Shown here: one piece after another, positions 1-7,785 of the stretch | Position numbering within the stretch: position 1 is the first letter of the stretch | Layout of the letters: each line of letters opens with the position of its first letter | Source: Octopus sinensis | Lineage: Eukaryota | Direction of reading: 5' to 3' | Assembly (NCBI RefSeq): GCF_006345805.1 | Contig: NW_021828215.1 | Location: 1 to 9,026 of the forward strand | DNA length: 9,026 bases | Made by a program: the position numbers and the translations under genes | The notes under the pieces: model-generated | Database searches by the model: none | Seen by the model: only the letters and a program-made list of their open reading frames with translations | Told to the model about the DNA's origin: nothing

Positions 1-282
1 ATAAGAGTTTAAAACTCTTAATGCTGTAAGAAGCACACAATGTATAATCACTGACTGTGTGTGTGTCTATATATATATATATAGCCCGCTCCTTACAGCA
101 TTAAGTGTCGCAATATAGGTACTTCGGCAACATCAATCACAATTAGTGACGGTTAAATTTTTTCTCTGCATGTGTGTGTGTGTGTGTGTGTGCGTGCGAC
201 TATCATTACTGCTCCCCGAAATATAACGCGTAACTTCGAACATGTTATATTTGCTGTCATGGATAAACAGTCACAATTAATA

Positions 283-489
283 TTGGTTTCAAATTTTGGC
301 ACGAGGCCAGCAAGTTCGTGTGGGAGAGTAAGTCGATTACATCGACCCCAATGTTCAACTGGTACTTATTTCATCGACTCCGAAAGAATGAAAAGCAAAA
401 TCGACCTCGACGGAATGTGAATTCAGACTGTAAAGATCGCGAAGCTATTTGCCCAGCGTGCTAACAACTCTGCCAAGTTCGCCGTCTTA
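283..489 (-). mobile_element. tRNA-derived SINE, family A, copy 1
   Basis: The reverse complement starts TAAGACGGCGAACTTGGCAGAGTTGTTAGCACGC (A-box-like) and has a degenerate B box (GAATTCACATTCC). It continues through a central domain GTCGATTTTGCTTTTCATTCTTTCGGAGTCGATGAAATAAGTACCAGT and the tail GGCCTCGTGCCAAAATTTGAAACCAAT. It is collinear with the copy at 6617-6830 (39/48 identical over the central domain). It matches my recollection of an abundant octopus SINE; not database-checked. Confidence 0.85.
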
Positions 490-528
490 GTCACTATTAA
501 TATTAAATATTAACGATATAGATAAGTA

Positions 529-599
529 TACATACATACATACATACATACATACATACATACATACATACATACATACATACATACATACATACATAC
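529..599 (+). repeat. (TACA)n tetranucleotide microsatellite, ~17-18 units
   Basis: Direct reading; perfect tandem TACA. Confidence 0.97.
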
Positions 600-711
600 G
601 TGCACACATACACACACGCATATGTATGGTTGTGTAAACCCACTGGTTGATTATCCTTCTACACAAATAGTAATCTGTGTGTATATGCGTGAGAGTGTAT
701 AAGTGTGTAAG

Positions 712-858
712 CAGTGGCGGACTGGGTCTAAAAATATTGGTTTCCAGGAGACTAAGGGGGCCCCTTAGATACTAACATGGGCCTCCATATATGGATCCTA
801 ATGGCGCAGGGTCCCACTCGCCATCGGGCAAGCTGGCAACCTGGCCAGTCTGTCACTA
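712..858. mobile_element. 147-bp hAT-superfamily MITE
   Basis: TIRs are CAGTGGCGGACTGG (712-725) and CCAGTCTGTCACTA (845-858), 11/14 match. Flanking 8-bp direct repeats are TGTGTAAG (704-711) and TGTGTAAA (859-866), 7/8. An 8-bp TSD with CAG-starting short TIRs is typical of hAT elements. Confidence 0.8.
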
Positions 859-952
859 TGTGTAAACACGTGTCATATATTTGGCGTCGATTGGATACGT
901 TGCTTTCATCATTTTTACTATCTCCCTACTACAGCTTGTTAATTTCAATATT

Positions 953-957
<5 letters not shown>

Positions 958-988
<31 letters not shown>

Positions 989-995
989 TTCTCTC
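958..995 (+). repeat. (CT)n microsatellite
   Basis: Direct reading; explains the SLSLSL stretch in ORF 777-1034. Confidence 0.95.
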
Positions 996-1078
996 CCTTT
1001 CTCTATACAATGTAAAACGTTACTAGAGCATTGAACCAACCAATTAATCAGTCAACATTTTACCGATTTTTATAAAGA

Positions 1079-1111
1079 TATCATCATCATCATCGTCGTC
1101 GTCGTCATCAT
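1079..1111 (+). repeat. Compound (CAT)n(CGT)n(CAT)n microsatellite
   Basis: Direct reading. Confidence 0.9.
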
Positions 1112-1503
1112 TGTATTGCAATCATATATCAAAAAAGTATTTAGAACCAAGCAAGCTTTAATGTAAAAGATGTTTGCACACAGTTTTTAATAACAAAAAA
1201 AATTAAATTATAAAAAAGGAAGATTAATGTGGAAGGTTAGAAACGGGAATAATGCAATACAAACTGAAACAAAACATTATTTCAGATGTTTTTTAATCAC
1301 AAGTTTACAGTAATTAAATTATAACAAGAATTGATTACTATTGGGATTATCGAAATGTTTGGTTTTTTAATCAAGAATTTTGCAGGTGTAACTTTTTTTT
1401 TTTTTAGCTTTTTTTTCTTTTTCTAATCGCTGTATCAGTGTAGGCTACGAACATTATGACACCATGTGTGATATAAAGGTTAATAATTTAATCTCGCTCC
1501 GAG

Positions 1504-2382
1504 CAGGGTATCCGGGCTAAATTTGATAGTTTGCAGAAACGGAAAAAATACATGATATACCACCTAAAAATGTAAGTATTTTAAGAAAAAAAAAAAAAAT
1601 TATTTAGATTACGGCTTGGAGATAACAGTTTGCTCTAAGTAGCAGCCTCCATCTTCTACCACGGCTTCAAGACGGTTCCAGAACATGGCGCATGCATTCC
1701 TCACTGTGTCCCCAGGAAAATCTTCGAACACCTCCTTGATCTTGGCCACCATCTTGACTTTGGTGTTGCAGGCAAAGTGGTCGGTGTCTTTCTCAACCGC
1801 GACCCACACATAGTAATCTATGGGATTGCAAGGGGGTGGTTCTGGCTGGTGAAGTAGTAGAAATTCTCCTACTACCACTTCTGACTCCTTGCGGAGGTAT
1901 GGTACTGAGCCAAACCCTACTGCCATAAATATGGCCTTCCAGTAGCAACCTTCTCAATCTACTTGAATTGAACATAAGGCCCTGCTCATTCTGTCTTGCA
2001 GTTGCTGGATAAACTCCAGCGTGCGGGTGCAGTGAAAAAACCTGCTATGTCCCTTCTTGCTGGTCAAGGCTTCGTAGGCCCCGTTGCAACTCTCCATATC
2101 AAGTCTTACAGCCTTCACACGGCATTTACCAGCAGTCATGAAGTCGGATTTTGATACCTGGCACGAGTCATCATGATACAGGTCAGCCTATTCTAATATT
2201 CAGATGCCTTCCAGTCCTTTATGTCAGCTAACTTTTTCTCAACTACAACTTCAATCGTTATGCTCTTGAACTCAATTGACTTTGTACCTGTGTTTATCAC
2301 TGTTGACTTTTCACCAATGCATCAAGCTCTTCCTGAAAAAAGGAGAGATTAAAAAATCGTCAAATTTGGCGCGAACACCCGA
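1504..2382 (-). mobile_element. Internally deleted Tc1/mariner DNA transposon, probably DD37D (maT) clade
   Basis: Degenerate TIRs: GGGTATCCGGGCTAAATTTGATAGTTT (1506-1532) versus the reverse complement of 2354-2380, GGGTGTTCGCGCCAAATTTGACGATTT (20/27). They enclose a decayed transposase. No clean TA TSD is visible. Confidence 0.85.
1609..2225 (-). pseudogene. Decayed Tc1/mariner (DD..D type) transposase
   Basis: Stitched minus-strand translation: DWKASEY*NRLTCIMMTRA..MTAGKCRVKAVRLDMESCNGAYEALTSKKGHSRFFHCTRTLEFIQQLQDR / EQGLMFNS / IEKVATGRPYLWQ*GLAQYHTSARSQKW**ENFYYFTSQN / PPCNPIDYYVWVAVEKDTDHFACNTKVKMVAKIKEVFEDFPGDTVRNACAMFWNRLEAVVEDGGCYLE. These are recognisable GRPYxWQQD, NPxDYYVW and RLEAVV motifs. 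The third catalytic position is D (1816-1818). It carries stops, frameshifts and deletions. Confidence 0.9.
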
Positions 2383-2495
2383 ATAATTGGTGGGAGGAGG
2401 CAGCGGCTTTACAGCGACAACGAATCTGCAAGAAATAACAGCCAAATATCTGTCTTGTTACATCCAATAGCTTACCAGTCTTAAAAGCAAAATGG

Positions 2496-2803
2496 GCATT
2501 CGTATATTTGTTAATAGAGTGGGTGTTTTAATCGAAGTGTCCAATATTATATATCCATTACGGCTGATTTTACTAATTAGTTTCCCACTAGGGGGCAACG
2601 GATTGTTAGATAACAGCCCGATTATGTAACCCGGCACTCTTAAGAGATTGCCGTTATGGGAGAAAATATGGCAACTGCTTTCTTCTGTTGGAGTTGAAAA
2701 GACATAACTGCTATCTCCTAGTGCAAAACTGATTGATAAAATCGGCCGTAATGGAGATATAATACTTCGATTAAAACACTCACTCTTTTAACAATATGAG
2801 TGC
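2496..2803. mobile_element. Unclassified fold-back element / MITE with ~90-bp inverted arms
   Basis: 2508-2538 versus rc(2764-2794) is 29/31 identical. 2546-2592 versus rc(2717-2763) is 40/47. There is a 7-nt indel between the two segments and a ~124-bp spacer. Weaker similarity extends to 2496/2803. Confidence 0.75.
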
Positions 2804-2816
2804 ATATCTTTTCTGG

Positions 2817-2818
<2 letters not shown>

Positions 2819-2878
<60 letters not shown>

Positions 2879-2940
2879 TATATATATTATATTAGTATAT
2901 ATATATATTATATATATATATAATATATATATTATATACA
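2819..2940. repeat. (TA)n microsatellite, perfect then degenerate
   Basis: Direct reading. Confidence 0.97.
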
Positions 2941-2944
2941 CATA

Positions 2945-3167
2945 CAATAATCCCTCACCATATCGTGGTTCACCTATCGTAGTTTATTATTTAAGCATAC
3001 GTCGATTCTTCCGTAGCATTGTTTTGCATTTATAATAAAATGAATATATACAAATTATAAAATTAATTTTTAAAAATATGCACTACAGTACTGTTCGTAC
3101 TTCGCAGATTTTTACCTATCGCAGGGGGTTTTGGAACGTAACACCCGCGATAGTTTAGGGATTACTG
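2945..3167. mobile_element. 223-bp pogo/Tigger-like MITE (Tc1/mariner superfamily)
   Basis: The left end CAATAATCCCTCACCATATCGTGG follows TA (2943-2944). The right end reverse-complements to CAGTAATCCCTAAACTATCGCGG and is followed by CA (likely a mutated TA). TIRs of the CAGTA.TCCC...TATC.CGG type are characteristic of Tigger-derived MITEs such as MER44. Confidence 0.8.
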
Positions 3168-4122
3168 CATATATATTATCGGTCAGTTGTAGAGAGGTTA
3201 TATACCACTGCCCATCAGGCCTGGTCAATAGCCTGTACTGCTGAAAGCAATAGACGTGAAACCAATTGTAACTTTCTGATCGGCCATAACCAACGACTAC
3301 ATACAATGTATATATACATATATATTCCAGTGAAGTATGTATGTGCGCGCACACACACTTCATTTTTGTATTTGGTTTACAAGATTCTTTATGTGTGTTC
3401 GTGTGATTTTGAAGCAAATTTTGTTGTATCTAGGTAGAGTCATTAAGCCAATATTAATAACATACGCACTGGTTCAATTCCATTCCTTTGATAATAGTCA
3501 ATTGGTTAGATATCTATTCAACCAATTGATTGTTTAACTTGATTCAACAGTCAATTGTTTTTTTTCCTTTTTTTGTTTGTCAAAGTCCTTCCGTTGCCAA
3601 TAGCAACCTTTTCAGTGACTTCTTTCCCAGTTTGTTACGCTGTGTGCCCGTGCCCGTGCGCATGCGCGTGTGTACAAACGAAAGAAATGTACACTTAACA
3701 CATGCAGTGGTTAAATATTTTTATTAATTTTTTTTAAACTCGAATCTACTTGAGTAAAAGTGTTAAAAGTTTCACAGACGTGCAGAGTCGGAGTAAAGAG
3801 CGACTCATGCAGACCCAGCTTTGAATGATTAATGTTTTTCCACCCTACACAACAGTATTCTATACCTTTCTTTTCGCTTAATTGCAAATTACCCCAGTGC
3901 GAAGCCCTTATGTACACACACACACACACACACTTCCTGTATTACAGCAGCTAATTTTTGAAATCAGTAACTAAGTGGCTCAAATTAGTTGTGAATGGTA
4001 ACAGTTGGGTGGGAGACTGCTGGTGGTGGTGGTGGTGGTGGCGTTAATGGCTGTATAGGAGGGGGCTGATGCTTAGCGATGGCTGTGGTTGTGATGGCAT
4101 TAGCCAAAACGTGGTACTTTTT

Positions 4123-4133
4123 TGTGTATGTGT

Positions 4134-4195
<62 letters not shown>
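4123..4195 (+). repeat. (TG)n microsatellite
   Basis: Direct reading. Other (TG)/(CA) tracts lie at 171-192, 3913-3933, 6007-6054, 7389-7470, 8467-8540 and 8918-8987. Confidence 0.97.
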
Positions 4196-4197
<2 letters not shown>

Positions 4198-4205
4198 GTT
4201 TAGAC

Positions 4206-4863
4206 CAGCGTTTCTCGACCACTTTTTTTTGTAACCTGTGAACCCCTTTTATTTCTATTTTACTCGCATGGACCCTCCTGGCCATTCGATCTTCAAAAGA
4301 TTCTATGACATTTTCATAAATATATTACGAATTGTATTTTTAAGAAATTGTTAAAATGTTTTGTGCATTGTAGAAGTATGACTAATCTATTATTCTTTTA
4401 TTCTTTTACTTGTTTCAGTCAATTGACTGTGGCCATGCTGAAGCACCACCTTTAAAGGGATTTTATTCTTCCTAAGCCTGGTACTTATTCTATCGATCTT
4501 TTTTGCTGAACCGCTAAGTTACGGGGACGTAAACACACCAACACCGGTTGTCAAGCGATGACGGTGGTGAGACAACACAGACACACACACGTAGATATAT
4601 ACATATACATATATATGTGACGGGCTTCTTTCAGTTTCCTTCTACCAGACACACTCACAAGGCTTTTGTCGACTCTAGATTGTAATAGCAGACACTCACC
4701 CAAAGTGCCATGCAGTGGGACCGAACCTGGAGCCATGTGGTTGGGAAGCAAACCTCTCACCGCAGATAAATTTTGACAAAATCTTATATGATAAAATATA
4801 AGATTTTGGCAAAATCTCTTATGGATCCATTAGGGACATATGGAGCCCGGTTGAGAACCACTA
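4206..4863. mobile_element. hAT (Charlie/MER5-type) MITE interrupted by a SINE
   Basis: TIRs are CAGCGTTTCTCGACC (4206-4220) and GGTTGAGAACCACTA (4849-4863), 11/15 match. The 8-bp TSD is GTTTAGAC (4198-4205) / GTTGAGAC (4864-4871), 7/8, close to the Charlie-type NTCTAGAN target. Confidence 0.85.
4392..4760 (-). mobile_element. tRNA-derived SINE, family B (CORE-like), nested in the hAT MITE
   Basis: The minus strand shows a B box GGTTCGGTCCC (4717-4727), then GGCACTTTGGGTGAGTGT, resembling the CORE-SINE motif ACCTTGGGCAAGT. It has an internal TG/TA microsatellite (4574-4617), the body GTGTTTACGTCCCCGTAACTTAGCGGTTCAGC and a (TAAAAGAA)n tail at 4392-4408. It matches a recalled abundant octopus SINE; family name not verified. 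Confidence 0.85.
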
Positions 4864-4988
4864 GTTGAGACGCTAGATAGAGCAGTGAGTGAAATTTGGT
4901 CGCTAATTTCTAGGAGTTCAGCGACCACGCAAAGGTCCCGAGTTGTGGTTGGTGGTCTTTGTGATGTTGTTATTGGCATCGATGTTGT

Positions 4989-5023
<35 letters not shown>

Positions 5024-5029
5024 TAGGGC

Positions 5030-5202
5030 TTAGGAGCGGGAGACCCCTGACTTTGGGGGAAAAAAAAAACTTTGGTCGTCTTGTTGTAGTCGAGGGCTCT
5101 TCGTTGGTGCCCGACACCACTGGGAGGTGGCCCTCGAAGTCGCTGGAAATGGAGATCTCCAGGTCCAAATTCTTGAACGGCTGCTGTTGCTGCTGCTGCT
5201 GC

Positions 5203-5241
<39 letters not shown>

Positions 5242-5395
5242 CGTCGTCATCGTTGGTTGTGGTGGTGGTGGTGATGGTACTTGTGTTGTTGGTAATGTTG
5301 ATATTGTTGCTGTTGATGTGGTGGTTGTTGTTGTTGTTGTTGCTGATGTTGTTTGTATTGTGTGCTGTTGATGTGATTGTTGTTGTCGTTGTCAT
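5030..5395 (-). CDS. Possible low-complexity N/T/S-rich exon or ORF (unverified)
   Basis: An ATG at 5395 (context GCAATGA) lies 6 nt after a pyrimidine-tract/AG acceptor-like site. The unique part (5031-5180) is 54% GC. However, CAA repeats are stop-free in all three frames, no domain is recognised, and a T10 run lies in the frame. Confidence 0.15.
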
Positions 5396-5482
5396 TGCTA
5401 CCTAATAAGTCGGTGTTGGTATCGGTGGAGAAATACAAAAGTAAAACAAGCTAGGGGGAATGATTAGGGAGAGGGGTTGGCA

Positions 5483-5576
5483 AACACGTGTTCCGCGAGA
5501 GAAGTGAACACGTGATTAATACGGCGGTAATGAATCCGTCATGTACATAGTAAAGTTAATTACGAGAGCGGAAGTG
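5483..5576. promoter_or_regulatory. Candidate motif cluster: two CACGTG E-boxes and one ETS-type site
   Basis: AACACGTG at 5483-5490 and 5507-5514; GCGGAAGTG at 5568-5576. Motif match only. Confidence 0.25.
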
Positions 5577-5684
5577 CTAAAGGGTGTGGTGGTGGTGCTG
5601 CTGGTAGCGGTGGGAGACATTAGGCAAATTGAGAAATAGTTGCGGTGGTGGTGATGTTGTTGTCGTTGTTGTTGTTGTAGTTGT

Positions 5685-5745
<61 letters not shown>

Positions 5746-5759
5746 GCTGTTGCTGTTGC

Positions 5760-5796
<37 letters not shown>

Positions 5797-6479
5797 CGTG
5801 GTGGTGGTGGTGAGGAGAAATAATCCACATAGTGATGTAGATTTAATAAACTGCATCGTATATCGGAGTTTTGATGTTGAATGCGCGGATGGGGAAATGA
5901 GTTGTTTGATGGTAACGGGGTGGAAAATAGTGAGAGAAAAAGAGAAAAAAGAAAAAAAAAAAAAAAACCCCACCTTTCTCCTATCATCAACATCACCAAA
6001 TTCTTGAGTGTGTGTGTGTGTGTGTGTGTGTGCGTGCGTGTGTGTGTGTGCGTGTAAACTTTTAAGTGTTTAACCTTCCACATTAATTTGGAAGATGAGG
6101 TGGCACCACTCTCGAACGTTTAAGAAGGATTGCACGATCAAGTTAAAAACAACGAAGAGGGAAGGTGGAGAGTGAGGAAGGGATAGTGGGAGGGTGAGAG
6201 AGTAACAGTAAGAGAGAGAGAGAGAGAGAGGAGGTGAGGAGAAAACAGAGAGAAAGCAAGACAGAGAGACTTTATTCATGCACAATACAAATCTATTATA
6301 TAAAACCCGTTCTGTCTGTCTGTGTGTGTCTCTTCTAGGATCTCCGGCATCCTCCATCCGATTGCGCTCAAATTTCATATGTAGATACCGACGGTATCAG
6401 GGCGTGTATAAGTCTTGAAAAAATTACAAAAATCGATTCCAGGTGAGAATGCGATCGATAAAGCCGTGGGAACGTGCAT

Positions 6480-6830
<351 letters not shown>

Positions 6831-6999
6831 GTTGTATCCGAGACAATCGGGTGGTTTTGAAATTGACGTAATATACAACGGTAGTGCGCGGTACCAAACA
6901 TCATATATCATTCAAAGTTATGTTCATGTTCTTTTGATTCATATCGTAGCAAGCTTTTCTTACTTCCTGGTTATTTATGCAATCAAAACGCATAAATAC

Positions 7000-7360
7000 A
7001 GGCAGCTGCAAGCATCGTAATTATGGAGCGACAACTTTGTTTTAGTCACAGGTGTTTCTTTCATATGCTATGCACGAAATATTCTGTTCTCCAGATTGCC
7101 AATCAACGCCGGCTAACTTTCGTTAATCCAGCGGCGTTCAGGTACGACATTTTGATCACGTCACAAACCTATGACACCTCACCGCTAATGGAAATGCAGT
7201 ACCAACGCCTCAATGCAGTACCAATGCCCTGATGCAATACCAATGCCCTGGTGCAGTACCTTTATACACTGATGTTGTACCTTTATGCCCTGATGCAGTA
7301 CCTTTATGCCCTGATGCAGTACCAGGCAGTGGTTTTCATGGCTTTTGATCTTAATTGATA
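7000..7360 (+). mobile_element. Probable fragment of an interspersed repeat (possibly a LINE ORF2 C-terminus plus 3' UTR)
   Basis: A non-repetitive ORF (7023-7232, ..FFHMLCTKYSVLQIANQRRLTFVNPAAFRYDI..) runs into a minisatellite. This is followed by GCAGTACCAGGCAGTGGTTTTCATGGCTTTTGATCTTAATTGAT, which I recall from an abundant octopus repeat. The class assignment is inference only. Confidence 0.35.
7194..7324 (+). repeat. Minisatellite: three 19-bp units, three 21-bp units and a partial unit
   Basis: Units ATGCAGTACCAATGCCCTG (start 7194, 7213, 7232) and ATGCAGTACCTTTATGCCCTG (start 7251, 7272, 7293); partial unit at 7314-7324. Confidence 0.92.
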
Positions 7361-7413
7361 GGAGAGAAACCCAAAAAGAGGATCTGCACGACACACACAC
7401 ACACACACACATA

Positions 7414-7452
<39 letters not shown>

Positions 7453-7481
7453 ACACACACACACACACACAGATATATATA

Positions 7482-7596
7482 ATTTAATAACAGTTCGATT
7501 TGACTCCATACAACTTTGTGGACTTGAAAAACGAACTTAGCTCTTCAGGCTTAGATAACCAAAGTTGCATGGAGCCAAATCAAACTGTTATTAAAT
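7482..7596. other. 115-bp inverted repeat (37-bp arms, 41-nt spacer), probable small MITE
   Basis: 7482-7518 versus rc(7560-7596) is 34/37 identical. Confidence 0.8.
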
Positions 7597-7656
7597 AATA
7601 CATGTAACCCATACCAGCTGTGTTGAGTGACACTTTTCTTCGTTTGTTCACTACTC

Positions 7657-7738
<82 letters not shown>

Positions 7739-7785
7739 TTATCTATCTATTTATCTATCTATCTATCGATCTATCTATCTATCTA
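7657..7785 (+). repeat. (ATCT)n tetranucleotide microsatellite
   Basis: Direct reading; a few interruptions near the 3' end. Confidence 0.97.

Larger units (their letters stand above)
4982..5812 (+). repeat. Cluster of compound trinucleotide repeats (TTG/CTG/TGG/TCG) at 4982-5023, 5181-5395 and 5655-5812
   Basis: Direct reading; all tracts are GT-rich on + and CAA/CAC/CAG on minus. Confidence 0.95.

Noticed and set aside
2-20. Short palindromes TAAGAGTTT-A-AAACTCTTA (2-20) and GATACCG-A-CGGTATC (6384-6398)
   Set aside because: They are isolated and short with no associated structure. The first is at the window edge, so its context is unavailable.
1609-1926. Functional or domesticated transposase
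   Set aside because: The ORF's first ~30 codons are out of frame with the transposase. The second catalytic Asp is lost, and there are stops and large deletions.
2390-2495. Possible 3' fragment of another SINE (GCAAGAAATAACAGCCAAATATC...CAGTCTTAAAA)
   Set aside because: The resemblance is from memory only; there is no head, TSD or second copy in the window to support it.
5516-5830. PolyQ protein (MWIISPHHHHHEQQQ...)
   Set aside because: CAA repeats are open in all frames, the short non-repeat tail is unrecognisable, and three overlapping ORFs are equally plausible.
6149-6194. G-quadruplex in the purine-rich tract (also 5454-5480)
   Set aside because: The first has four GGG runs but a ~28-nt first loop. 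The second has only three runs of 3 or more G.
6296-6305. TATA box (TATATAAAA)
   Set aside because: Such words are common in this AT-rich sequence, and there is no supported downstream gene on the plus strand.
7194-7324. Minisatellite as a CRISPR array, or LHQGIKV repeats (ORF 7185-7466) as a repeat protein
   Set aside because: There are no unique spacers, no cas genes and the context is eukaryotic. The ORF starts in a (TG)n tract, and the peptide periodicity follows from the 21-bp unit.
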